Source: Octopus vulgaris (lineage: Eukaryota). Taken from it: a stretch of DNA of 64,000 nucleotides. A model generated the notes under the pieces. The model made no database searches. It was not told where the DNA came from and worked only from the letters and a program-made list of their open reading frames with translations. The translations under genes were made by a program, and so were the position numbers. Below are positions 1-12,707 of this stretch, in pieces. The stretch is taken from assembly GCA_951406725.2 (NCBI GenBank), contig OX597816.1:27652001-27716000 (forward strand). Reading direction: 5' to 3'. How positions within the stretch are numbered: the stretch's first letter is position 1; each line of letters opens with the position of its first letter.

Positions 1-830
1 AGCGCAAGATATTTTACAAAAAAAACAACAACAAAAAAAACAAATAAAACCCCCAGTATTCTAGTTTAGATTAAGATACGTGTCGGTTGACTTGAAATTC
101 CAAAAGGTTAAAACTAAAGTGCTGTTATAAAATAAAATAAAATAAAATAAAATAAAATATAGGTTTGTATAATTTGGAATAGTTGCGGATATAAATTTGC
201 GATATAATCAGCAGTTAATGAAAATGAAGTTATAATAAAGTTATACGATCTAATCTTTAATCTTCTGCTTGTTTCAGGCATTCTTTCTGCATTATGAACC
301 AACGTCTTCTTAAGGGAGAGAATTTAGGGAATTCCAAATACATTTTAGCACGTACTCAGATACATACACAAAAGTAGATGTGCATGAGTGTGTGTGTGTA
401 TACATTTATGTATGAGTGTGTATATGTATGTATGTATGTATTTATGTATGTATGTATGTGTGTATGTGTGAATGTATTTATGTATGTGTGAATGTAATCA
501 TATGGACATTAACATAATCAGCGTCTGTTATTCGTGTTCTTCACAATTAGCTGTAATCTGGCCATTTCCCCCGTATAACAAGCATGAACAAATATTTTAT
601 ATAAGTCGGTTATAAACCAGTAGAAACTAGTCAACAATTAAAAAGGTGAGGCTAGTATCGGCTACTTCTGATTTGTTACAATGACCCTTCTAACCCAGCT
701 CTAATATCACCATAACACACGGGCACACCAACTACATGTTAACATCAATCAATCAATCATTCAAACATTAACATGATATGTCGAGAGATTAACATATTCC
801 TAGAGAGAAGATATGTTAATGTAGATATAT

Positions 831-1612
831 ATTTCTTTACTACCCACAAGGAGCTAAACACAGAGGGGACAAACAAGGACAGACAAACGGATTAAGTCGA
901 TTATATTGACCTCAGTGCGTAACTGGTACTTAATTTATCGGTCCCGAAAGGATGAAAGGCAAAGTCAACCTCGGGTGAATTTGAACTCAGAACGTAACGG
1001 CAGACGAAATACGTATTTCTTTACTACCCACAAGGGGCTAAATACAGAGAGGACAAACAAGGACAGACAAACGGATTAAGTCGATTTCATCGACCCCAGT
1101 GCGTAACTAGTACTTAATTTATCGACCCCGAAAGGATGAAAAGCAAAGTCGACCACGGCGGAATGTGAACTCAGAACGTAACGGCAGGCGAAATACGTAT
1201 TTCTTTACTACCCAGAAGGGGTTAAACACAGAGAGGACAAACAAGGACAGACAAACGGATTAAGTCGATTACATCGACCCCAATGCGTAACTGGTACTTA
1301 ATTTATCGACCCCGAAAGGATGAAAGGCAAAGTCGACCTCGGCGGAATGTGAACTCAGAACGTAACGGCAGGCGAAATCCTATTTCTTTACTACCTACAA
1401 GGGGCTAAACACAGAGAGGATAAAGATGGACAGACAAACGGATTAAGTCGATTACATCGACCCCAGTGCGTAACTGGTACTTATTTAATCGACCCTGAAA
1501 GAATGAAAGGCAAAGTCAACCTCGGCGGAATTTGAACTCAGAACGTAATGGCAGACGAAATACGGCTACGCATTTCGCCCGGTGTGCTAACGTTTCTGCC
1601 AGCTTGCCGCCT
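831..1612 (-). mobile_element. tRNA-derived SINE family A (head AGGCGGCGAGCTGGCAGAA), multimer: one head plus four ~184-bp body units
   Basis: Unit starts ATTTCTTTAC at 831, 1015, 1199 and 1382. Minus strand has B-box GAGTTCAAATTCC and the central GCCTTTCATCCTTTCGGGGTCGATAAA motif. 19-bp TSD TATGTTAATGTAGATATAT at 812-830 and 1613-1631. Confidence 0.9.
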
Positions 1613-2618
1613 TATGTTAATGTAGATATATTGATGCCTACTGATATTACATGTTAAACTCTCAACATGCTATGTTAGTTATGCGGTTTCAATTCTCGGT
1701 TAACACTAGTTTTGTGTCTATTTGCCATTCTGAGCGCAACATATAATTGCTCTGAAGAGGAAAAAACTCATCGACACGTTCTGAGTGAATTAGTTCATGG
1801 GGCCATGAGTTGCTGAGTATCGTCGGAGCACTCTAGAATAACTTGAACATCTGCCTTCCACTACCTGCAATCCATCCCAACTAACTTGTGATATATTGGC
1901 ACTATTACGTATGCTACTTTAACTTAGGATGTTTCCTTGTTTGTTTTCTACGTAATTATTTGTGAAATCAAGAAAACTTAAGATATTGATAATGCTACTG
2001 CAGGTACAACGTTTTTATGCAATACTGGAAAATCTCTTTTCTAAATGTGTTTGAAATATGTCGTCTATAATGGAATCTTATGTTTTAGTGAACGCTGTAT
2101 TATAATTGTTTCTGCTACAATGCAATACAATGCAATCATTTCTTCTGTTGCCCATATTTTGGATATAGCTAAAATCTAGATTGTAAAGCGCCACAATGAT
2201 CCTGTACGCTTTCCCCGAATAACTCATCGATTAAGAATATATTTTATGCGAACGGAAGCCTGACAACTCTCATATACTCTGTCGTGTTTGTGTTGCAGTG
2301 GAAGAATAAAATGAATTCTTACCCCGGTGATTTTCAAGTAATTTATTTCAAGAAACGAAACAAAAAAAAGAACTGATTTTTTAAAAAAATTATTCATTTA
2401 ACTAATAGATGCAACGTAAGGAAGAATAAAGTTTGCTTTATTTTTTGATCAAAATTTATTTTTCCCTGCACGCCACTGAAAAGAACGGCATGAATATTTT
2501 ACTCTCAAATACAATAGATGACTGTGCTGAAGGAAAAAGATAAATGCGGAGAAATTGGAAAGAGCTAGGGTTGTTATACAAGAGACGAAGTTAAAATTGT
2601 AGAATAGATAGAAAAATG

Positions 2619-3043
2619 TCGGTTTGAACGGCAGTTTTTAACATAATTTCTAGGTAACTAAAAAACTTAAAACTTCATATACTGATAGAATGTGTTTATA
2701 AAACATCTTTTTCTCTTGGCTTTATTGAGAAAATTCTATAGTTTGTAAGATATTTGTTGTTTTTTTCTTCAATTTCTGCAATTTCAACCAATCAATGACG
2801 TCTATTGAGTTAAAAAATATTCTGTACCGTATAAATATGTCCATCGTTTAAGAAACAGATTGGATTTATTTACATTTGTGAAGAAAAAAAGATACCCTTC
2901 CCCCACCCTTAACCCTAACCCTAACTATCCCTAACTAACCCTAACCCTAAAACAGATTGAAATGCAAGAGATCGATACTAGGGTCATAATTATGGGTGGA
3001 AATTTCATATGACACCGCTAGAAAAAACTGCCGTTCAAACCGA
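2619..3043. mobile_element. Non-autonomous TIR element (MITE-like) with internal (CCCTAA)n tract
   Basis: 21-bp perfect inverted repeat TCGGTTTGAACGGCAGTTTTT (2619-2639) / AAAAACTGCCGTTCAAACCGA (3023-3043). Degenerate CCCTAA repeats at ~2905-2950. No ORF. Confidence 0.75.
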
Positions 3044-4426
3044 AAACATCCCAGAATGATTTAAACAAGATATGATTGAACTAATTGCATAACATTTATA
3101 GTTACTCTCCACCCACCCAGACATACACATAAGTAGTAGCCTACTCGTTAGGATGACTCGGGGCGCGTCACGTATGTTATGTGTCTCGCAGATCTCGTTA
3201 ATTATTAATTTTTCTTTTTTCTCTCCACTATTTTCCATTCCCATCAGGTTGCATTTGATTCCTCTCAGACGGAGCAAAAGATGAGTTTCTCTGAGAGCCT
3301 ACACTGAGAGAAGTTACTTTGATGCCATTCGCTACTGAGACAAAGGACAAAGCAGGATCGTCGGCCATCCCCGGGATTGCAACAGGAGCTACAACTATCT
3401 GCCCCCAATCCTTTTGAACAGAGAAACCTTAAGTAGCTTTTTGTCATGTAAAGTAAACGTTAATTCTTTGGATTACGTGCCGACAATGAAACACAACTCC
3501 AGTATGGCCTTGTGGTCCTGAAACCTCATAAAGACTTGCATGTGCATGCTAACCCCTACCAACCACACATTATTTCTTACTAGTCGTGCGCTTAACACCC
3601 ATCTTCATTACTTTATAAAAGCAACAAGCTATACCCACCCTCAGTCTAACCTGTGTTTTGTGCTACCCCATGGTAAATATTTTGCGCGAAAATTTCCTTT
3701 CTCTAAATGTAAAATAAAAAGACAGACATTCGTCCAAACTTTATTCAGTTACTGTTTGGATGATTTCGAAAAAGCACTCCTTCCTTTTTGTGACTTTGTG
3801 ACACAGACAGATGAGTCCTCTCCCATTACAATTCAATAAATTCTCCAGACAAGAAGATTAAGTTCTATTCAATGCAATGCTTCCGTCGGTTCATTTTGAA
3901 CTTTTCATTGTTCATTCTACGAATTTCAATGTTGGATGCCGCTTGGGAAAAACTATCTCCATTGTTGATGACGACATCTGTGTTGTTGTTCTTTGTATCT
4001 TCGCAAAAACGTTCTCAGAATGTCCGAAAATCATATTTTTGTTTTTCTGAGAATACAAAATTTTCCATGTTTAAGACAGGAGAGAATTTTTGCAGGAAAG
4101 CTTTATTATTCTGCTTCACAATGGCAGAATTAGCCTTTTGATTTTTCTCTCTAGGAGGTGTTGTCTCTCTGGCTGGAGGTCATTGTGAATGAAGTCGAAC
4201 GAAAATGTGAATAAGAAATGCCTTTTGGGCCAAAGTCAGTTTGATAAAATAGAAAAAAAATCATTTTTACATCATAGAAACAAGAAATATATTCTGAATT
4301 AAGAAGCAAAACTAAAAAGAAAAACAAGAAAGGAATGAGTGTAATCTAGATATCAACAGCTAGAGTGAAAAAAATACATTCTTTCAAGCTGACAAACGAC
4401 AATAATTGTTTATGATTTAGTCGTTG

Positions 4427-4482
<56 letters not shown>

Positions 4483-4759
4483 TCATTGAGATAATCTACT
4501 TAGCTTCATCGATCTCCTTCCGGATTCTATATTCATAACTGAATGGGGATAGTGCTTCCTACTTACTGTTGTTATTGCTTTTACTTGCTTTGTTTGTTTT
4601 TTATCAGTTTTTATATGGGAGATGGGCTTTTTGGGCCTCATGGTTTGGACGCTAAGCTCTCCAGCCTCTATGCTAGACGTTTTCGCTCCTGTCTTGGTAG
4701 GAACTTCTTATGGCAAAAAACTGGGAGTATTCTCAATCGACTTAGCTTGGGTGTAGTAA

Positions 4760-4860
4760 TGTTGCAGTGTAAAGATCTGAACAAGGAGAACGTGATAGAA
4801 AAGTGTTGGCCCCAAATTCTGCTCAGTACAGAGCTAAAGATTTTGGCAAAGTAACTCAAA
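4760..4860 (+). mobile_element. Decayed L1/Tx1-like LINE RT fragment
   Basis: ORF end ILLSTELKILAK resembles the RT motif RPITLLNTDYKILAK. A further VDDITVIV-like fragment (GTGGATGACATCACTGTCATC) lies near 5950. Confidence 0.45.
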
Positions 4861-7561
4861 AAAACTGAAATATAGTGTGGTAGAATTCACGCAAATATGT
4901 GCAATATTCGAGAAAATTATTCATAATTTTCACTTCATATGAAGAAAACACCGTACATTCCACTAAATGTATATATAATACTGTTACACTCACTACCATA
5001 GAGGATCTTTTATGGCGTATGTATATCCTTAGCTAGAACAGTATTCCAAAGACTAGACCTTCCCTTTAGGGTCAGAAAATATTTCAGCCTCGAGCTGACA
5101 GTCTACAGTGGTGTACTATGGCCACATGTGGAGCAGTGCTTCTGTGACGCACACTGACATCCTGAATTATATACGAAGAAAGAGTACGCGGATGACTGGC
5201 TCTCCATCACTTACGGGAAAAGTCTGGCCACTGATACAATAAAGAGCACTGTTTCCTTTCCATATCTTTTTCATCGCTACAATAATGGCCTGTGTTTTTT
5301 GTGCTGGTGAGTCTCATACCTCCGCCACTCAGGAATCTCGAACCAAATTTTCCTCTACCTAACGTTAACCTTGTTCCGTATGACTCCATTTTCGCACTAA
5401 TCACTCCACCTAATCTTTTTCTAGAGCATTGATCCTCTGGAATTTTCCTGCTCATGTCTTTCCTGAAGGTGGTGCAACTGTTTAAACGGAACATTAACGA
5501 TACCAATCTCACCAATCTCTGAGAACCTGCCTGAGCCATGAATTTTGCCCCTACCTACAAACTCACCGAATAAAAAAAGCGATACAGTGTAGAGCTGGTA
5601 GAATATAAGACTGGTTTTAGTGGGACACTGATCAGCTCAAAGCGATCGACATGGTTGACCATCACTATCGGACGACGGTTTCTAGAATCAATCGTTTTCT
5701 AATCGTTTTCTGTTTCATCTTTATAGGATAGCTCACCACTCTCTCTACACATACATATGCTCGGCTGTCTAACTAAGCGGAAACCTCCCAGAACCGTTCT
5801 ACATCAAGCACTCAGTCCATTAAAAGTGTTCTTTTTTCTTCCCCCTGGACCTTTGTATTCTGGTCCTCTGGTTCTAGGGCCAGAACATACAAAGTGAGAT
5901 TTTGAAAAAGCATTCCGCTCGAATTGTGTCACAGGAGAACCGTATGCAACGTGGATGACATCACTGTCATCGTATCGGACACATTTGAAGGAGAATCAGT
6001 GGACACCATACTGGTAGAATACCAAGAGGGTTAAGGAGTAAATATCAACCGGGACAAATCAGTGGGCTTATAATTCAGCACTTAAAGAAGCAAGTACTAA
6101 CGTTTCCTCGGTGGTGTACTACCACCTCATCATCGTTCTTTGTTTCAAGAAAGGTCTGAACAGACTTGAGTTCGCGCATGATTTCTCGCTGTTTATGGAA
6201 GGGAGATGTTCCACTGCCCAAGAAATCTATCTGCTGCCAACATCTGCTTCGCAATGGGGTTGGGATGCCGTCGCTAATGACATGCTAGCACGCATTTGGT
6301 CCATTGTGAATCCCGTACACTTAAACAATTCTTTTGCTAGTTCGATCTTCGTATATGGCATTGCTAGAATATTTACTAGTCTTTACTTTCATAGTTGTAT
6401 GTAGTTAGAGGAATTGGAAGTATTTACAGAAGAGGTGGATATTTTGAAAATTAAAATTTTTTTTCGATTTCCATATAATGGTCGTTCATAAAAACATCTA
6501 TTTTCTCCCTTTTCCCCTTTTCAGTTTTTGATAATATCCTTCCTTCTATCATATGGAGCAAAGCCAACTAACAATCAAATATCATTAATGTTAGAGGGTC
6601 TTAGATAACCAGTTTAATATCGATAAGAGGAGCTGAGAACATTGAAAATATATCTGAAAATAGTGAAGTAGATCCGACAAGAAACAAAATCGGATTGTAG
6701 CATATCAGAATAGTAAACAATTAATTTACGAGAAAATTACTAACGACACTATTACCTATTAGGAATATTTACAGTTGATGCCACTGCATAACTCCAGAGA
6801 TTCTTTCCTGATTAAATGTAAACTATTTATATTCTGATAATATTATCTTGTACCTATAAAAGGTTTTAAACTTATCTGTTCTCTAAACATATGAGATTTA
6901 GTATTTTTATAATTACTGTCGTTTCTTTACCCAGTCTCCGCTCAATTTACTGAACATAGTTTAAGCAGATTCTTTTCCAGATTATAGAAAGAACGATTAA
7001 AATTCATAGAGAATTACGAGTTGAGGTATTTGTGGAGAGAAGTATGATAATAATTTAGTTGGATCCCCTTGTGTTGTGGTTTGAAAATCATGTAGAGGTT
7101 GACTGAAATTTCATTCTTCCGGTGTCGATTAAATAAAGGTACCAGTCACCTTTTGGAGAATCGGTGAAACCACGACCACCACGACGACCACCACCACCAT
7201 CATCATTATCATCATGAACGTTGCGGTTATTTACCATAAATATACATTTGTAATAGAGCTCTACTAGGTATTCGGATTTTCTTACATTTTACTTCATGTA
7301 AAAAGAGTATTTAGAAAACACACATCATCCATGTGTTCAAATGATTAATTATTGAGGGAATGATCTAAAATTTTTGTTAAAAGATATTTACATCTTACCG
7401 CTAGTTCTTGTCTTTTATTCAGGATATACTCCGATGTTAGTTCGTATTAGTTTTCCCTACGTCGTTACGTGCTGCACTGCTCAATATTGGCAGTTTAATG
7501 TAATTTCTTTTGTTATATTTTAGCTCCCAAATTAGCTTACTTTATGAGTTCGTTCTTTCCT

Positions 7562-8032
7562 CCTTCATATGGTTGAACGCCTTATTTCCCTGGGCATGGA
7601 CACATTGAAACTCCGACGTCTGGCAGCTGACTTGGCAGACACACATAAAATTATCAACCATCGTACAAACAATAACTCTAAGCACCTTTTCAAACTCCAC
7701 CCATCTAACACCCGTGGACATATTTACAAAGTCAGAAAACAGCACAGCTCCCATGACTTCAGGAAACATTTTTTCACGCTGAGAGTTGCTGAAGCATGGA
7801 ACAAACTGCCGGCATCAGTTGTTAGTTGTCGGAGCACTGCATCCTTCAAAACTTCCATGCTTTCTGAGATTCGCCAACACTACACCTGATTTTCTCCTCC
7901 ATACATACACAAGCATGTATCTGACTCATGCATTGTTTGCTTTCCAGACATTTGTACATTACTGCATATACTCTGACAAGTTGTGGTGCACCTGAGCACT
8001 GTATACAATAATTGCATTGTTATTATTATTAT
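7562..8032 (+). mobile_element. CR1/L2-type LINE 3' end (RT C-terminus, 3' UTR, (TTA)n tail)
   Basis: ORF 7569-7889 LKLRRLAADL...TRGHIYKVRKQHS...RKHFFTLRVAEAWNKLP is the typical CR1-group C-terminal signature. Short TTA repeat tail at ~8020-8032. Confidence 0.85.
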
Positions 8033-8210
8033 AATATAGAGATTTGAAAACGGATTTGCGACTGCTTGTGTAATGACAAATTTGTTTATTTGTAACAACT
8101 GAGTATCTATAAACTAGGTTATTCAGAAGCCATTGTTTAAGCCATGTAACAGACATTTATTAGGATCCTTATAATTACTACATTTATTAGGATCCTTATA
8201 ATTACTATCA

Positions 8211-8432
8211 AGGCGACGAGCTGGCGGAATCGTTGGCGGACCGGACGGAATGCTTAGCGGTATTTCCCCTGTCACTCCGTTCTGAGTTCAAATTCCGCCG
8301 AGGTCGACTTTCACATTTATCCATTCAGAGTCAATAGAATAAGTACCAGTTGAACACTGAGATCGATGTAATCGACTAGCTCTTTCCTTCAACATTTCTG
8401 CTCTTGTGGCAAAGTTTGAAACTATTATTATT
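8211..8432 (+). mobile_element. SINE family A, diverged monomer
   Basis: AGGCGACGAGCTGGCGGAATCG head, GAGTTCAAATTCCGCCGAGGTCGAC, AATAAGTACCAG, (TTA)n tail. Confidence 0.8.
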
Positions 8433-9046
8433 GTTGTTGTTGTTGGTGGTGGTGGTGGTGATACTATTATCCTGATTGTTATTTATTATTACCGCCTTAG
8501 CAATAGCAGAGGTAATATATGTAAATGTATGTTCATATTTGAATACACACACACACATATATATATATGTATTCATACATGCATATAGCTACGTTCCCAT
8601 ATATACAAACACAGATCCATATGCATATATAAATATTTACTTATAAATATAGATATACACACATAAAATACAATATATAAACACGTATACACACACATAT
8701 GTATATAGTATATATATATAATATATATATATATAAAATATATAAAATATATAAAATCTAATGCGCTTGGCTTAGATTTTCCTTTGGGGCTGGCCAGGTC
8801 GGAGCAATCTCAAGATTAATCAGCCGAAATTGCGAGGATGATCCGGTTTTTGACTGAAGATTGAAGGCTTCGAATGTCCCGTTCGTGTTTTTTGTATCGT
8901 CTTCTAAATGTTTTGCGTTCTTGTCCCAGTTTGTGTTTTTTTACATATACATGCATATAAAATATATACACATATATATACATAGGCACATACGTATAGA
9001 GTCATATATTTGTACATATACATACCCCCACATGCACATATTTTTA

Positions 9047-9459
9047 TAACTGTTTCAGTCATTTGGCTGCGGGTACGATGGGGCACAACTTTGAAGCGTT
9101 TATTCGAACAATCGTCGCCAGTTCTTATTTTTCTTAAGCTTGGAACTTATATCGATATCTTTTGCCGAAATGCTAGGTTACGGAGACGTAAATTAACTTA
9201 TTGTCAAGCGGCAGTGGGGGAACAAACGCATACACATATACATACTGTTTTTTTTTTACTCTTTTTACTTGTTTCAGTCATTTGACTACGGCCATGCTGG
9301 AGCACAGCCTTTAGTCGAGCAAATCGACCTCAGGACTTTTTCTTTGTAAGCCTAGTACTTATTCTATCGGTATTTTTTGCCGAACCGCTATGTTACGGTG
9401 ACGTAAACACACCAGCATCGGTTGTCAAGCGATGTTTGGGAAACAAACACAAACACACT
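9047..9459 (-). mobile_element. Two adjacent 3' halves of SINE family B
   Basis: CTGTTTCAGTCATTTG(G/A)CT...TGTCAAGCG occurs twice (from ~9050 and ~9269) and matches the reverse complement of the family B tail. Confidence 0.8.
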
Positions 9460-9460
9460 A

Positions 9461-9995
9461 GGTTATAGAACTTAGCTGTTCTTTCTAGCGTGTTGAATCC
9501 TACGAGTGGATTCCTCATGTGTTTAAATATAGACTGTATCTTATGACTAATATATAGTCTTTTGGACTAAATTTTTTCACGTTAGACCGCTGGAAATGTT
9601 AATTTTAATTAATTTCCATTTCCCTTTGATATTATTAAATATTGTAAGTTTTTGGATAATTTTTCGGTTTTAAAAGTTGGCATTTTTTTCATTGCTGGCG
9701 AAGGATTGCGACTGCGCAGTAGATTTTGAAAAAGTTAGAACGTATAAATAAGGGGCACGTAGTTTGATCGCCACGTGTGTATACGTTTAACCCTAGGTGT
9801 TCCTGCTGAAGACGATTGCATCTGGCAGGTTCATTTACTCATAAACTAAAATCAGAAACTAATTGGTCCAGGAAACTAGATGGTAAAATGTTTTTATTTT
9901 TCATTTCGTTCCTGTCGAATTTTATCCCTAATTTTTGTGGTTATAGAACCTAGCTGTTCTTTCTAGCGTGTTGAATCCTATGAGTGGATTCCTCA
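9461..9995 (+). repeat. 478-bp non-coding unit bounded by a 57-bp direct repeat, containing an HHR (pLTR/retrozyme-like)
   Basis: GGTTATAGAAC(T/C)TAGCTGTTCTTTCTAGCGTGTTGAATCCTA(C/T)GAGTGGATTCCTCA at 9461-9517 and 9939-9995. Confidence 0.8.
9800..9874 (+). ncRNA. Type-I hammerhead ribozyme motif
   Basis: Stem I TTCCTG/CAGGAA. Core CTGAAGA (9806-9812). Stem II CGATT...AATCA. GAAA (9855-9858). Near-palindromic stem III ACTAATTGGT. GUC cleavage triplet. Confidence 0.75.
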
Positions 9996-9999
9996 CTTC

Positions 10000-10750
10000 C
10001 GCTATTTAGAGCAGTTCTTGGAAGGAAGGTGTGTAGCGTGTGATCGTCGCATTGACCATGAGAGAGCAAGTTGTCATAGCGATACCTACTCAGAGGCCTA
10101 CTTGACGTTGCCCTTAGTCTATGGAAAGGAGTGTATGAGCCACACACAAGATTACGAGTTGTTCAGACGTTTTCAAGATGGCTGAAACAATGTCGATAGG
10201 GACGAACGTTCTGCGAGACCCGCAACCAGCAGAACTGAGAAAAACATCGCAGATGTACGTGCAGCTGTGAGGGGAAATCGTCGAATCACCATCCGTGAGT
10301 TATCAGAGGATGTGCAGATCAGTTACGGTTCAGTGCGTTATCACTGAAAATTTCGGTATGAGACGCGTGTCTACCAAGTTTGTGCCAAAACTGCTTTTAG
10401 CTGATCAAAAAGATACTCGGGTTTCAGTTGCACAAGATCTCCTTGATTGTGTCGAGAATAATGAAAACTTTTTGAAAACTTTTCATAGGCCTCAGTGAAG
10501 GTATCGACAAGGTTATGGCAAAATTTGGTGCAGATTCTCTGGTCAACTTTCTCTGTCATGGTCAATGCGACGATCGCACACTACACGCCTTCCTTCCAAG
10601 CACTGCCGCAAACAATGAAAGTGAGCTAGAGCGTTAAAACTTTAGTGTCCACGCACAGCAGAATTGAAGATCAATCTGTGACAAGCGGCCTCACTCTGCG
10701 TGCTTTAGCTTCGTTCCTATGCAACAGCTCGGTTACTTATTGATCAGACA
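10000..10750. mobile_element. Internally deleted mariner-like element with inverted duplication of its 5' region
   Basis: Mariner N-terminal fragments (ENFGMRRVSTKFVPKLLLADQK). 10010-10066 is inverted relative to ~10550-10606. Confidence 0.75.
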
Positions 10751-10973
10751 ACACACACACACATGCACACAAACACATACACGCACACATATATAAGCAA
10801 AACAGCTGGCTGTAAAATCTCAAGAAGAGATTGAGTAGTAACTATACTAAATAGTAAAGCCAGTCGCCACATCTTGTTGCAAATCTTGTTGCAAATCAGT
10901 AACTGATCACTTTGTTTACAATATATTGTAAGCGGTAGCGGACTCTGGCTATCGCTCTAGCATGCAGATATTC

Positions 10974-11014
10974 GGGCCTAAGGATGGGCCACATAGCTCG
11001 AAACTGAGTCACTC
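10974..11014 (+). ncRNA. Degenerate type-I HHR motif
   Basis: GGGC-CTAAGGA-T-GGGC CACATA GCTC-GAAA-CTGAG-TC-ACTC. G5A core mutation and one stem I mismatch. Confidence 0.45.
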
Positions 11015-11345
11015 TCGCGATCCTGTTGCCTGCTTGAGGGTTGTAGGGGTTAGCTACCCCAGCTAACAATATATTGTATATAAAGGGTGCAGACTGTCGC
11101 ACCGAAAGCCAGCTGGCGAGGAATCCACCTGGTGTTAAACTAGTAGTAACATTTAACTCTCACTTTGATGTGGTGAGTGGCTTTACTACTACTACTACCA
11201 CTATACACACACACAGACAGACACACACACACACACGCACACACATACACATCCTATTGCTTCTGAAAGGTGTTTTTATACCTTCTGCGGACTGCTCGAA
11301 GCTTACTATCATCCTACACCACGGTCTTTGGATCTTACCTTTACT

Positions 11346-11359
11346 TATATATATGTATA

Positions 11360-11445
<86 letters not shown>

Positions 11446-11504
11446 CAGAATGGTGCTTACAGATATAAATATACACCACCCCACAAAACCTCACACAAGA
11501 ATAT

Positions 11505-11596
<92 letters not shown>

Positions 11597-11790
11597 TTAT
11601 CTGTCTGTCAGTCTGTCTATATCTCCTCTCTATATTATAAACAGTGAGTGAGTTAGTGAGTGAGAGAGAGAGAGAGAGAAGGGGATATGGAATGTATGTA
11701 TGTGTATGTACACGTACGTATGTGTATGTATGTATGTATGTATGTATGTATGTATGTATGTATGTATGTATGTATGTATATATGTATGTA
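11346..11790. repeat. Compound microsatellite (TA)n, (CT)n, (TATC)n, (GA)n, (TATG)n
   Basis: Directly visible simple repeats. Confidence 0.95.
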
Positions 11791-12420
11791 TGCTTCTGCT
11801 TGTTTCTGAGCATGTTCTGAACAAAGAAAGAGAGAAAGAGAGAAAGAGCAATAAAAGCTTCTTTTAAAATAGAAAACAAACTTGTGTGAAAGGTCAAATC
11901 GAAGATTATTATGGCAAAGCACATCAAGCAATGTATGCAGAAGAGTAAGAAATATCAACAGCCATGGTTGAAGCACTCGAAATGCAGACATGAAGATTTC
12001 TGACATTTAATTGCGACTGCTGGATTCTAACAGTTTCTCATAAGAGTTGTACTAAACCAACTTCTCTGCCATACGTCGTTATGGTGGGTCTTCGAAATAA
12101 ACAGGATTACGAAATGTTTGTAAACACAGCGTACGTTAGATTGTAATATTGATTTCGCCGGAGAGATAGCTTATGATAGTTTACTTTAATGACATTCTGA
12201 CATCAAAAAATGTTCGGATCAAATTTGTATTTAATCCTTGTCTTTCATTTTGTTTTATTTCTAAATGATTTTGCGAGAGCGAGAAATCGTTGAGGACTGT
12301 TTCGAGGCTCCCGAGACTGGTGTATGATAGGGAGGAATGAAATAAGGAAGAAATCTTCTGCAAGCCAGTGAACTCATCCAGAGGCGCAGTTACCCCAAAT
12401 TAGAAAAAAATATTATGCCC

Positions 12421-12707
12421 ACGGGCATATGGCGTAGTGGTTAAAAGCGCGGGCTACTAACCCCAAGATTCCGAGTTCGATTCCAGACAGAGACCTGAAT
12501 AATAAAAATAATAATAATGATAATAATAATAATAACAACAACAACAACAACAATGAGAACCCAGGTTCGAAATTTCCCCAAGACACCTGCTGAAGTCTGG
12601 AGGGTATATCAGCTGAAACGCTGTGTTAACAACAAACAAGATGAGGACAAATATCCGTCAAATGTAAATAATGTACATAATTCCTCATCTCTTAAATATA
12701 GAACTGT
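12421..12707 (+). mobile_element. tRNA-headed SINE-like element with (AAT/AAC)n linker and a decayed HHR in its 3' part
   Basis: A-box TGGCGTAGTGG (12430-12440), B-box GTTCGATTCC (12475-12484). GACAC-CTGCTGA-A-GTCTGG...TCAGCT-GAAA-CGCT-GTGTT at 12582-12627. Confidence 0.7.

Noticed and set aside
831-1612. Regularly spaced repeats resembling a CRISPR array
   Set aside because: Whole ~184-bp units repeat, with no unique spacers and no cas genes. The sequence is a eukaryotic SINE multimer.
1745-1790. CTGAAGA...GACACGTTC HHR-like string
   Set aside because: GAAA is replaced by GACA, and stems II and III are not convincingly paired.
2905-2950. Telomere or chromosome fusion scar
   Set aside because: Only a few degenerate units, inside a TIR-bounded element.
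3050-4250. Possible LINE ORF1 or host exons (ORFs 3540-3839 and 3872-4141); similar coding-like stretches at ~6420-7020 and ~14080-14700
   Set aside because: No motif I can identify with confidence; a tBLASTx or HMM search is needed.
8780-8840. GGCTGG...TCAGCC-GAAA hairpin resembling HHR stem II
   Set aside because: No recognisable CTGANGA core or cleavage triplet with a stem I.
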